Below are positions 15,662 to 24,660 of a stretch of DNA of 44,303 bases, in pieces. Source of the DNA: a virus. The position numbers were made by a program, and so were the translations under genes. The notes beneath the pieces were generated by a model. That model did not search any database. It was not told the origin of the DNA and worked only from the letters and a program-made list of their open reading frames with translations. Where the stretch lies: positions 1 to 44,303 of the IMG/VR virus record IMGVR_UViG_3300045988_039959. The stretch is one strand, 5' to 3'. Position 1 is the first letter of the stretch. Each line of letters begins with the position of its first letter.

Positions 15662-15949
15662 ATGGAAACACCAAAAATCACGAAGGTGGAGCTTGAACTG
15701 GATGCTGTTTCTGGTGAACTCCGCACAATGCACGACATTTTGAACATCTTTGCCAACTGGTTTGAGGAAACGCACAAGACCGATATGCTCAATCGAGAGC
15801 GCACCAGCGAGCTTGTGAGCCAGATTTGGAGAGAAGCCCCGATGTACAACTCTTTGATTACGGCCTTGTTTGCATCCCTTACCGGGTTGGAAAAAGAAGT
15901 AGACGAAGTGCTTGACTATCAAATTGCAGAACAAGAGGTAAACGCATGA
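15662..15949 (+). CDS. Hypothetical protein (95 aa) upstream of the antirepressor
   Basis: ATG 15662 with GAGG 8 nt upstream (alternative ATG 15641). ATGA overlap with the next gene. Confidence 0.55.
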   Translation: METPKITKVELELDAVSGELRTMHDILNIFANWFEETHKTDMLNRERTSELVSQIWREAPMYNSLITALFASLTGLEKEVDEVLDYQIAEQEVNA

Positions 15950-16692
15950 GTAATATTCAGATTTTCAACTACCAGTCCAACGAAGTCCGCACCGTAGAGA
16001 TGGGCGGCGAACCGTGGTTTGTTCTCAAGGACGTGTGCAACATCCTCGGCGTGGTCAATGACCGCAATGTTGCCGCACGGCTGGATGAAGACGAAAAGGG
16101 TGTCTGTCAGATGGACACCCTTGGCGGAACGCAAAATGTAACAGTGGTCAGTGAATCCGGCCTTTACCATGTCATCCTTCGCAGCGACAAGCCGGAAGCG
16201 GCTCCGTTCCGCAAGTGGGTGACTTCCGAAGTGCTGCCCAGCATCCGCAAGAATGGCGGCTACATCGCCGGGCAGGAGCAGCTCACCCCGGAGGAGCTGA
16301 TGGCAAAGGCTCTGCTTGTGGCAAACAAGACCCTTGCAGACCGGGAAGCCCGCATTTGTGAGCTGACCGCACAGAACAGCCAGCTCACCGTAGAGAAGCA
16401 GATCATGCAGCCCAAGGCAGAATACTTCGACGAACTGGTTGACCGCAACCTGTTGACCAATTTCCGGGAGACAGCCAAGGAGCTTGGCATCAAGCCCAAA
16501 GCCTTTGTGGCATGGCTGCTGGAAAAGAAATTCCTTTACCGTGACCAGAAAGGCAAGCTGCTGCCCCGAGAGGACAAGAACAACGGCTTGTTTGAGATCA
16601 AGGAAGCCAAGAATGACAAGACCCAGTGGAGCGGCGTGCAGACGCTTATCACTCCCAAAGGCCGAGAGACGTTCCGGCTGCTGTACCTGTAA
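15946..16692 (+). CDS. Antirepressor (Bro-N domain plus KilAC/ANT C-terminal domain)
   Basis: N-terminus IQIFNY....VRTVEMGGEPWFVLKDVCNILG ... FRKWVTSEVLPSIRKNGGY is a Bro-N signature. The C-terminus reads TAKELGIKPKAFVAWLLEKKFLY. Confidence 0.8.
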   Translation: MSNIQIFNYQSNEVRTVEMGGEPWFVLKDVCNILGVVNDRNVAARLDEDEKGVCQMDTLGGTQNVTVVSESGLYHVILRSDKPEAAPFRKWVTSEVLPSIRKNGGYIAGQEQLTPEELMAKALLVANKTLADREARICELTAQNSQLTVEKQIMQPKAEYFDELVDRNLLTNFRETAKELGIKPKAFVAWLLEKKFLYRDQKGKLLPREDKNNGLFEIKEAKNDKTQWSGVQTLITPKGRETFRLLYL

Positions 16693-16765
16693 CTGAAACC
16701 TCATCGCAAAACACGAGGGGGGGCGGCGTTTTACCGCACCCCTATCAGTAAAACCCAATAACCGA

Positions 16766-16793
16766 CCCTGCCCCACACCGGGGCGGGGTTTTG
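16766..16793 (+). terminator. Intrinsic terminator (right edge of the cassette)
   Basis: ccctgcccc acacc ggggcgggg followed by tttt. Confidence 0.7.
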
Positions 16794-16811
16794 TTATACA
16801 TGGAGTAAACC

Positions 16812-17264
16812 ATGAACTTTAACTACAACATCAAATTCACCGACAACACCCCGCAGCTACATGAAGCTCTGGACTCGTGGGCGGAGCGGGTGCTGACCCT
16901 CTGGGGCATGAAGGTGCAGGACTACGCACAGCTGCTTGTGCCTACTGGCACGGCAGATAGCACGGGCATCGAGGGCTATGTGGGCGGTGCGCTCAAGCAA
17001 AGCCTGACCTTTGCCCTCGACCTCGCAAAAAAGACCGTGACCATCGGCAGCAACCTGTTTTACAGCGTATACGTTGAGCTGGGCACGGGCGTTCACGCCA
17101 CAAACGGCAACGGACGCAAAACGCCGTGGGTCTGGAAGGACTTCAACGGCAAATGGCACTTTACCCGGGGCATGGCACCCCGTCCGTTCCTCCGGCCGGC
17201 GGTGGAAAATCACATTGACGAGCTGCGAGAGATCGCAGTGGAAGAAGGAAACAAGGAGGTTTAA
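16812..17264 (+). CDS. HK97 gp10-family phage protein
   Basis: The pattern GGALKQSL......V.IGSNL.YSVYVELGTG ... PRPFLRPAVE matches the gp10 family. Confidence 0.6.
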   Translation: MNFNYNIKFTDNTPQLHEALDSWAERVLTLWGMKVQDYAQLLVPTGTADSTGIEGYVGGALKQSLTFALDLAKKTVTIGSNLFYSVYVELGTGVHATNGNGRKTPWVWKDFNGKWHFTRGMAPRPFLRPAVENHIDELREIAVEEGNKEV

Positions 17265-17266
17265 GC

Positions 17267-17608
17267 ATGGGAATTTCTTTCAAAGACACTTTTTTGCATA
17301 TGTTCGTCAAAGACAAGGTTGAACAGAAACCTAAAGAAGAGCTTTCCAACGAAGAGCTGATAGAAGAGGCTCAATGGCTTTGGGGGCTTTATGAAGGGCT
17401 CCTAGAAGAATTGCGAGGAAGAGGCGCAGGGAACACAGAAAGAGCAAAACTGCAAAAAATGAGCCCGGAGGATTTTTGGGGACAAGCAAAAATTGCCAAA
17501 GAAGAGCTTGGTTTGCTTTACAAGTCTACTGGCATGAGCCCTGCGCATATCAAAATCGTTGTTGAATGGGCTGACGATTATAACGTCAGTTCCCATGTTG
17601 AAATTTAA
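17267..17608 (+). CDS. Hypothetical protein (113 aa), AT-richer
   Basis: AAGGAGG upstream. Coding-like composition. Confidence 0.5.
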   Translation: MGISFKDTFLHMFVKDKVEQKPKEELSNEELIEEAQWLWGLYEGLLEELRGRGAGNTERAKLQKMSPEDFWGQAKIAKEELGLLYKSTGMSPAHIKIVVEWADDYNVSSHVEI

Positions 17609-17613
17609 TACCT

Positions 17614-17646
17614 AGCGGTTGGCGCACAGCGTCAGCCGCTTTTTTA
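17614..17646 (+). terminator. Intrinsic terminator
   Basis: agcggttg gcgcacagcgt cagccgct followed by ttttt. Confidence 0.6.
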
Positions 17647-17647
17647 T

Positions 17648-17724
17648 GCCGCTTTAGCTCAGGTCGGCAGAGCGCCGGATTTGTAATCCGGGGGCCGTGG
17701 GTTCAAGCCCCACAAGCGGCACCA
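17648..17724 (+). tRNA. tRNA-Thr (anticodon TGT), CCA end encoded
   Basis: Manual cloverleaf: gccgctt/aagcggc, gctc/gagc, ccgga-ttTGTaa-tccgg, gtggg-ttcaagc-cccac, discriminator a plus cca. Confidence 0.85.
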
Positions 17725-17798
17725 CACCGGCAGCACGTCCGGCAAATAAACCTATTGCCAAGCATGGCAGCCCGAGCAAGGGCAGAAAGGACTATCAC

Positions 17799-18380
17799 AT
17801 GGCACTCAAAAGAGCTGACATCCGCACGATTCTGGAGAACCCCGAAACCTCCAACGATGACAAGGCCAAGGCCATTCTGGACGCCCTGCACAAGGAGACG
17901 GACGAACTCAAAGACCAGCTGGATGCAGAAAAAACAGCCCGCACACAGGCCGAGAAAGACCGCGATGCAGCCAACGGCGGCAAGCAGGCCGCTGAAAAGG
18001 CGCTGACCGACTACAAGGCCCAGCAGACCAAGAAGGACGCCCATGCAGCCAAGGAAACCAAGTTCCGGGAGCTGCTGAAGTCCGCCGGGGTACTGGACAA
18101 GTATGCTGATCGGGTCGTGCGGCTGTCCGGCGAGGATATCGACAAGCTTGAGCTGGACGATAAGGGCGAGGTCAAGGACGCCAAGAAGCACACCGACAGC
18201 CTGAAAGCTGACTGGAGCGACTTCGTAGGCACTACGACCACAACCGGCGCAAAGGTGGACACCCCGCCTACCAGTTACGCCGGGACTTCTCCCGAGGATT
18301 TCAAAAAGATGAGCCTTGATGACCGCATCAAGCTCAAGAACAGCAGCCCTGAACTGTACCAGCAGCTCCGGGCAAAGTAA
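17799..18380 (+). CDS. Capsid scaffolding protein
   Basis: ATG 17799, because the ORF-track start lies inside the tRNA. K/E/D-rich coiled coil directly upstream of the major capsid gene. Confidence 0.7.
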   Translation: MALKRADIRTILENPETSNDDKAKAILDALHKETDELKDQLDAEKTARTQAEKDRDAANGGKQAAEKALTDYKAQQTKKDAHAAKETKFRELLKSAGVLDKYADRVVRLSGEDIDKLELDDKGEVKDAKKHTDSLKADWSDFVGTTTTTGAKVDTPPTSYAGTSPEDFKKMSLDDRIKLKNSSPELYQQLRAK

Positions 18381-18397
18381 GAAAGTGAGGCTATTAT

Positions 18398-19423
18398 ATG
18401 GCACAGACTGGCACTTTTGGCGGCTTTGACTTTGACGTTGAGGTGTTCGGAGACTACATGGCCGAGCAGAACACCATCGACACCAGCATCGAGGCTTCCG
18501 GCATCATCAAGGACGACCCCTCCATCATGGGCCTGATCGGCGAAAAAGGCAACGTTGCAACCATCCCGTTCTATACCGAGCTGGATGCCACTGCAGATAA
18601 GCCTCTGAACAACGACGGCAAGACCGACAACACCCCCACTGAGGTCACTGGCAACAAGCAGACCACCATGCTCATCCAGCGCATGAAGGCATGGAAAGCT
18701 CAGGACTTCACCAAAGAGCTGACTGGCGCAGCCCCGATGCAGCACATCGCAAATCAGGTCACACACTACTATCAGCAGGTCTGGCAGAATGTGCTTATGA
18801 CCATCACGGACGCTGTGCTGTCTACTACCGATCTCAAGAAGCACATCTACGACATCACCAAGGTGGGCGATGGCAAAGTTACGACGGAGTCTCTGATCTA
18901 CGCACAGGAGGCCGCTTTCGGCGACCACGCAATGAGCGGCGGCTTGCTCATTATGCATTCCACTGTCTTTGCAAAGTATCAGGCAGCAAATCTCGTCGAG
19001 TTTGAAAAGTACACCACTCCGGGCGCTCTGTCTCAGGCTTCTCCGCTGGCACGCATCGGTGGGATGGTCGTGATCGTAAACAACGCCTTCACTTCCGCGT
19101 CCATCACCGATGCTTCCATCAACGGCGGCAAGGCCACGACTGCATACAAGACCTATGTTCTGGGTGAAGGCTCTTTTGTTGGCTGCCGTAAGACCAACTA
19201 CGAGAAGCCCTACTACACCGACTACGACCCCGAGAGCAAGGCCGGTGTCCAGAAGCTGTACACCAAAGAGGGCCGAGTCATTCACCCCAACGGCATGAGC
19301 TTCAAAGTGGACAACGTTGCCGAAGCGTCCCCCAACGATACCGAACTGAGTGCAAAGGCCAACTGGGAACGCCGCATGAAGCTGGAGAACATCCGCATCG
19401 GCCAGATGCTTTCTCTGGGCTAA
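18398..19423 (+). CDS. Major capsid protein
   Basis: 341 aa immediately after the scaffold gene, with a strong RBS (GTGAGG). Confidence 0.75.
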   Translation: MAQTGTFGGFDFDVEVFGDYMAEQNTIDTSIEASGIIKDDPSIMGLIGEKGNVATIPFYTELDATADKPLNNDGKTDNTPTEVTGNKQTTMLIQRMKAWKAQDFTKELTGAAPMQHIANQVTHYYQQVWQNVLMTITDAVLSTTDLKKHIYDITKVGDGKVTTESLIYAQEAAFGDHAMSGGLLIMHSTVFAKYQAANLVEFEKYTTPGALSQASPLARIGGMVVIVNNAFTSASITDASINGGKATTAYKTYVLGEGSFVGCRKTNYEKPYYTDYDPESKAGVQKLYTKEGRVIHPNGMSFKVDNVAEASPNDTELSAKANWERRMKLENIRIGQMLSLG

Positions 19424-19443
19424 AAATTCGGAGGTGACTTTGT

Positions 19444-19854
19444 ATGACCGTCCCCGAGCTGTGCGTTTACACACACAATTTTTTTGACCGGGCAGACGAC
19501 CCCGTTGCCGGGGAGTTCGCCTTTGAGCCGGACACCGTGCCCGCCGGGGTAGTGCCGGGGCAGTATTTCCTCGTGTGCGGATCCATCTTCAATAACGGCA
19601 TTCACAAGGCCGGGGACGGCGATCTGACCGCCGAGACCTTCACCGGGACGGTGCAGCCCATGCGCGTGCCGCCTGATTTTGTGGCGCTGGCTGAAAAAAT
19701 CGACGCATACGACAAAGCGCTCCCGGCCGGTGGCGTGTATGTGTCCCAGTCCTTTGCCGGGTGGTCCGGCACGATGGCTACAGGCGCGGACGGCCTGCCC
19801 GCAAACGGCAAGACCCGCTATAAATCCGAGATCAATCAGTGGAGGAAGATGTGA
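19444..19854 (+). CDS. Hypothetical head-tail region protein
   Basis: GGAGGTGA upstream. Positioned between the capsid and adaptor genes. Confidence 0.5.
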   Translation: MTVPELCVYTHNFFDRADDPVAGEFAFEPDTVPAGVVPGQYFLVCGSIFNNGIHKAGDGDLTAETFTGTVQPMRVPPDFVALAEKIDAYDKALPAGGVYVSQSFAGWSGTMATGADGLPANGKTRYKSEINQWRKM

Positions 19855-19855
19855 C

Positions 19856-20224
19856 ATGGTCAATCCGTTCGCTGCATCCACCGTGATGCAGGGCTTTACC
19901 AAAAAATACCGTTTTCAGACCCGCAGCTATGAGCCGGACGGCGTGGGCGGCTTTGTGTCCGGCTGGAAGGACGGCCCCGAGTTTGAGGCCGTGGAGCGCC
20001 ACGATACCACCGTGGAAGCACAGGTGGCAGAGCAGGCCGACACAGCATCCACCTACACGCTGCTTGTTGGCACCGGTGTTCCGCTGGCCTTCCCGGACTA
20101 CATCAAGCGGGTGGACGGCGGGCAGACTTTCCAGATCACCAGCGCGGCAGATGAGGGCAAAGCCCCGCCGGAATCCGGCATGGGACTGCGGGCCGTCAAG
20201 TGCAAAAAGGCGGTGCTGCCGTAA
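19856..20224 (+). CDS. Putative head-tail adaptor / head closure protein
   Basis: ATG 19856 right after the upstream stop. Size and position fit, with a weak resemblance to the Phage_H_T_join pattern. Confidence 0.45.
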   Translation: MVNPFAASTVMQGFTKKYRFQTRSYEPDGVGGFVSGWKDGPEFEAVERHDTTVEAQVAEQADTASTYTLLVGTGVPLAFPDYIKRVDGGQTFQITSAADEGKAPPESGMGLRAVKCKKAVLP

Positions 20225-20601
20225 TGGGGCCGTCTGAGAGCATCAACCGGGCGCTGAACACGTTTTTTAACGGCTTTGGCATCCCGGGCTATCTGGAAGA
20301 TAACATCCCTCCTGCCGCTTCACTGCCCTATCTGACCTACAAGCCCACCATCCCCGGCGGGTGGAACGAAACGGCATCCTTCCATGCCCGGCTGTGGTAC
20401 CCCAGCAAGGGCGGCAGGGCACCCATCCTGCAAACTGAAGATACGATCAGCGCGGCCCTCGAGGACAGCACAACGCTTTCCTGCGAGGGCGGCGCTATTC
20501 TTTTGCAAAAAGGCACCCCATGGGCACAACCCCTCGACAACCCGCCTGAAGGGTATCTGTGCGAATATCTCAATTTTGAAATCACGCAATTTTGCGAGTA
20601 A
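20224..20601 (+). CDS. Putative neck / tail-terminator protein
   Basis: TAATG overlap. Called from position upstream of the major tail protein. Confidence 0.4.
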   Translation: MGPSESINRALNTFFNGFGIPGYLEDNIPPAASLPYLTYKPTIPGGWNETASFHARLWYPSKGGRAPILQTEDTISAALEDSTTLSCEGGAILLQKGTPWAQPLDNPPEGYLCEYLNFEITQFCE

Positions 20602-20609
20602 GGAGCAAT

Positions 20610-21185
20610 ATGGCAAGAAAATTTTCCAAAATTTCGCAGAAAGCGTTCGAATCCATGCAGTTCAACGCAGGCATCGTGGTCAACAAGTTTGATGTAACCG
20701 GCGAGACCGAAGTTCAGGACGCAGACATTATCACTGCCACGACCGGCGGCATCACCGCGACCTGCAAGGCGAACTTCACCGACCTTGGCGAAGACGTGGA
20801 CAACGCCCAGAAAAACACCGCAGAGCTGATGCAGATCGAGAGCTACGACTGCACGCTGGCTTTTACGGCCCTGAATGCCACAACGGACGTTATCAAGCTG
20901 GCGATGGGCGCTGCGGATGTGAGTGACAAGAAGGTCACGCCCCGCATGATGCTGAATCCCACCGCCAGCACCGGCGACTTCAAGGACATCTGGTGGGTTG
21001 GAGACACGCTGGATGGCGGTATGGTTGCAGTCCGGCTGATGAATGCACTGTCCACCGGCGGTTTGACCCTGAAGACGACCGACAAGGGCAAGGGCAACAT
21101 TGCAGTCACCCTGACCGGCTGCCCCCGTCTGGGCAGTGACGTGGTGCCTATGGAGTGGTATTACAGCCCCAAGGCCGCAGCATAA
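20610..21185 (+). CDS. Major tail protein
   Basis: AAGGAG upstream. 191 aa directly before the chaperone/frameshift pair and the tape measure. Confidence 0.65.
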   Translation: MARKFSKISQKAFESMQFNAGIVVNKFDVTGETEVQDADIITATTGGITATCKANFTDLGEDVDNAQKNTAELMQIESYDCTLAFTALNATTDVIKLAMGAADVSDKKVTPRMMLNPTASTGDFKDIWWVGDTLDGGMVAVRLMNALSTGGLTLKTTDKGKGNIAVTLTGCPRLGSDVVPMEWYYSPKAAA

Positions 21186-21197
21186 GGAGGACACCAC

Positions 21198-21602
21198 ATG
21201 AAATTTTTGACAGAGCTGCCCGATGAAGAGTTCCTGCGCCACTGCTGGCAGATCGCCGATGTGGCAGAGGAGGTCTTGGAAAAATCCAAGATCATGGAGC
21301 TGCGAAAGGTTCTGCCGGTCCTGACCGGCGAGGAAACGCCGGAGGAGCTGGAACAGAAGAAGAAGGAGCAGGCAAAAAAGAACATCCAGGCTATGGCAAA
21401 AAGCTTGCTGTTCGACAATGCCGCTGCCACCGCAAAGCTGCTTCCGCTGCTCTATGAGCCGGACGTGGATGAAAACGGGGTGGTTGAAAATATCGGCCCG
21501 TTCAAGAAAATGCGCGCGGTGAAAGAGCTGCTGAACAACGATGATGTGCTGGATTTTTTGCTCTGGTGTCTGCCGTTGGTGCTGGCGGGTACAGACGCCT
21601 GA
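21198..21602 (+). CDS. Tail assembly chaperone (gpG-like)
   Basis: Acidic 134-aa protein between the major tail and tape measure genes. Contains a slippery site near its 3' end. Confidence 0.7.
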   Translation: MKFLTELPDEEFLRHCWQIADVAEEVLEKSKIMELRKVLPVLTGEETPEELEQKKKEQAKKNIQAMAKSLLFDNAAATAKLLPLLYEPDVDENGVVENIGPFKKMRAVKELLNNDDVLDFLLWCLPLVLAGTDA

Positions 21603-21868
21603 TTTCTTCCATCAGCCCGGACGCGCTGCGGCTGTTTGGCAGGCCGTATATTTTGCAGCACTGCCTGAACGCTTTGCGGCAAGAGCGCATCACGCTCAGC
21701 TATCAGGCGTACATGACGGACGCTCTGGCGCACCTTATAGGCGCGGAAGAGCGGTGGTACGACATGGTGGCCGGGCTTGTGGAAAACCGCCCACAACCGC
21801 CGCAGCCGTCCGCTGATGAAGTGATAGCACGCATTAAAAATGGCTTGAACGGGGGTGATGGAACCTGA
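21198..21868 (+). CDS. Tail assembly chaperone -1 frameshift fusion (gpGT-like)
   Basis: The -1 frame is open from 21557 to 21868. Heptamer T_TTT_TTG at 21554..21560 lies in the zero frame. Confidence 0.6.
21554..21560 (+). promoter_or_regulatory. Programmed -1 ribosomal frameshift slippery heptamer
   Basis: X_XXY_YYZ = T_TTT_TTG, with zero-frame codons TTT (21555) and TTG (21558). Lies 42 nt before the gpG stop. Confidence 0.6.
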
Positions 21869-21879
21869 CACTTTTTGAA

Positions 21880-24660
21880 TTGAGCGCCACCCTCGGGCTG
21901 GACGACAGCGCTTACCGGCAGGGCATCCAAAATGTGCAATCCGAAACGAAAAAAACCGTTTCTTCACTGTCAGGAGAGTACAGCAAGGCCGCAAAGGCCG
22001 TAGCGGAGCTGACCAGACGTTACAACGAATCGGTGGGCAAGACCGGCAAAGCATCCTCTGAGACCAAAAACCTCAAGACCATGTTGGCGCAGGCAGAAGC
22101 ACAGCTCAGGACAACTACGACCGCGCTGAAAGCTGCAAGCAACGGCATGGATGACTTTGCCAGCTCTACGGATAAAGCGTCCAGCAAGTCTCTGGCCGGT
22201 GCCATTGCGCAGGGCACGATCATGGCGGGCGTCTTCTCGAAGCTTTACGCCGCTGCACTCAGCGCCGCAGAGGGGTTCATCTCTTCCGGCATCGAGTACA
22301 ACGCCCAGATCGAGAAATACACCACCGGCTTTACCAATATGCTGGGCAGCGCAGAAGCCGCCCAGCAGGTCATGAGCCAGATCCAGGAAGACGCGGCAAA
22401 AACCCCGTTTGATGTCGAGTCCCTGACAAAGGCGAACCAATACTTGATCTCTGCAGGCGAGAACGCTTCCTATGCCCGCAGTACCATCATGGCACTGGGT
22501 GACGCGGTCTCTGCGACCGGTGGCGGCAACGACGAGCTGAACCGCATGTCCCAGAACCTGCAGCAGATCGCCAACACCGGCAAGGCTACAACGGCTGATA
22601 TCAAACAGTTTGCTTATGCCGGCATCGACGTATACGGCATTCTGGCCGACTACACAGGCAAGTCCACCACAGAAGTGCAGAACATGACCATCAGTTATGA
22701 TCTGCTGACGCAGGCCCTGCAGGCCGCATCCGAAGAGGGCGGGCGTTACTACAGCAGCATGGACACCCAGAGTCAGACCATGAATGGCCGCGTGTCTACC
22801 CTGCAGGACAATGTGAAGCAGCTGGCGGGATTGCTGACCGGCGATTTATCCAGCGGCGTCGGCGTTGTAATCGGCAATCTGAACAACATGCTCGTCGCAG
22901 CACAGGAAGCTTACAAAACGGACGGCTGGATTGGTCTCGCAGGCGCGATCACCGGCCTGACGGAACCTATTAACACGGCAAAAAACGCTTTCAAGGACTT
23001 CGCGAGCAAAGCCACCACATGGCTGGATCAGCTGAGCTATAAGCTCAACCGTTTTCTCGGAAAAGCTGCCACGGCTGACTTTGATACCTACGAAGAGTAC
23101 GCGGATGCAAATAACCGGCAGAGCAACAAAAACCGTTTACGGCAAAATGCTCTGAAAGGCGTTGGCATCAGCAACAAAAGCTGGTCGGAGCGTCAGGCGG
23201 AGCTGGCGGCAGCCAATGGCAACGGGGGCAGCTCCATCGTCACCACAGGCGGTGGCGGCGGTTCCTCCGGCGGCAAAAAATCCGGCTCCTCCGGTTCCAC
23301 CAGGTCCACCACCGAAACGGTCATTTCGTCCATCTCCAGCACGGCCACGACCACCGCACAGAACGCGCTGGGCACTGTGACCACCAGCATCCAGACCCTT
23401 ACCGAAAAGGTCAAGGACAGCGCGGGCAAAATCAAAGACCGCATCACCGAGACCACCACCACGACCGGCAAGGAGATGGTGAACGGCGTCGCCACGACCT
23501 TTAAGCAGGTCGAGACCAAAGTCAACGGCACGGTCACAAAGGTCACAAAGACCTATGACGACATGTCAAAAACGCTGCTGGGCACCTTTACCAACGTCTC
23601 GGAAACCACCTTTAACGGCATCACCACAAAGGTGCAGCAGGCGGTGGAAAAGTACGCGGACGGCAGCGAGCATATCAAGAAAACCGTCACAGAGACCGGC
23701 CAGCGCGTCGGCGAGAACGGCGCGGAGACCTACGAGAAGATCATCACCTACATCGACGGCATTCAAGACAAGGTGACGGAAACCTCCAACGAGATCGACA
23801 AGAGCGTAAAGGGCACCCAGAACCGCATTGACCAGCAGCTGAGCGAGGCTTCCGGCCAGCTTGACAAGGGCATTTTCGGGCTGGTAAAGAACACCTTCAA
23901 AGACGCCAAAAATGGAGACTGGGCAAGTCTTGGGCTGGATTTTGTCAATCTGATCTGGGGCGAAGTGTCGCAGGGACAGCGTGACGTGATCTCTGATTGG
24001 CTCAATAAGGCACTGACTGCAGTCAATGAGGGCTACTTCAGCGGCGGCATCGGCAAGGCGTTTGACATCTTCCAGAAGCTTTTCTCCGACGGCGGGGTAA
24101 AATCCGATATCGACGGCGTGACCAATTCGGTCAAGGCTTTTGGCGAGATCATCGACGGTCTTGCGGGCTCCGGCGGCGTGGGCGGCGCTCTGGGCAGCAT
24201 CGTCCAGAGCTTTTCCGGCATGGCAGGCGGCATCACCTCTGCACTGGGCAACATCGTGTCCTTTGTGGCAGCAAACCCCGTCCTTGCCCTGATCCTGGGC
24301 GTGGGTGCAGTCGCTGGCGGCATCGGCCTTGCCATGTGGATGAACAAGAAGAACGACCAGCAGCCCGTCAGCCACTACCAGAGCCCCTTTGACAAGACCG
24401 GTGTGTATGACAGTCTGGTCACCTTCTCCACCCGCGCGGCCCTGCAGTACCGCGTTACCGGCCAGCAGTCCATCGTTGACCGGCAGACCAGCATTCTGGA
24501 ACGCATTGAAGGGATGCTGGACGAGCATCTCCCCGATATCGGCAAGGGTCAGGTGGTCATGGACTCCGGTGAGCTGGTGGGCGTGTTGTCGCCCCGCATG
24601 GCGACCAACGTGGATGCACGCATCGGCGTGACGGTGACACGGAAAGCGAGGGGTGTGTAA
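21880..24660 (+). CDS. Tail tape measure protein
   Basis: 926 aa, the largest gene, with helical repeats, a G/S/T-rich segment and C-terminal TM-like segments. TTG start (alternative CTG 21865). Confidence 0.85.
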   Translation: MSATLGLDDSAYRQGIQNVQSETKKTVSSLSGEYSKAAKAVAELTRRYNESVGKTGKASSETKNLKTMLAQAEAQLRTTTTALKAASNGMDDFASSTDKASSKSLAGAIAQGTIMAGVFSKLYAAALSAAEGFISSGIEYNAQIEKYTTGFTNMLGSAEAAQQVMSQIQEDAAKTPFDVESLTKANQYLISAGENASYARSTIMALGDAVSATGGGNDELNRMSQNLQQIANTGKATTADIKQFAYAGIDVYGILADYTGKSTTEVQNMTISYDLLTQALQAASEEGGRYYSSMDTQSQTMNGRVSTLQDNVKQLAGLLTGDLSSGVGVVIGNLNNMLVAAQEAYKTDGWIGLAGAITGLTEPINTAKNAFKDFASKATTWLDQLSYKLNRFLGKAATADFDTYEEYADANNRQSNKNRLRQNALKGVGISNKSWSERQAELAAANGNGGSSIVTTGGGGGSSGGKKSGSSGSTRSTTETVISSISSTATTTAQNALGTVTTSIQTLTEKVKDSAGKIKDRITETTTTTGKEMVNGVATTFKQVETKVNGTVTKVTKTYDDMSKTLLGTFTNVSETTFNGITTKVQQAVEKYADGSEHIKKTVTETGQRVGENGAETYEKIITYIDGIQDKVTETSNEIDKSVKGTQNRIDQQLSEASGQLDKGIFGLVKNTFKDAKNGDWASLGLDFVNLIWGEVSQGQRDVISDWLNKALTAVNEGYFSGGIGKAFDIFQKLFSDGGVKSDIDGVTNSVKAFGEIIDGLAGSGGVGGALGSIVQSFSGMAGGITSALGNIVSFVAANPVLALILGVGAVAGGIGLAMWMNKKNDQQPVSHYQSPFDKTGVYDSLVTFSTRAALQYRVTGQQSIVDRQTSILERIEGMLDEHLPDIGKGQVVMDSGELVGVLSPRMATNVDARIGVTVTRKARGV

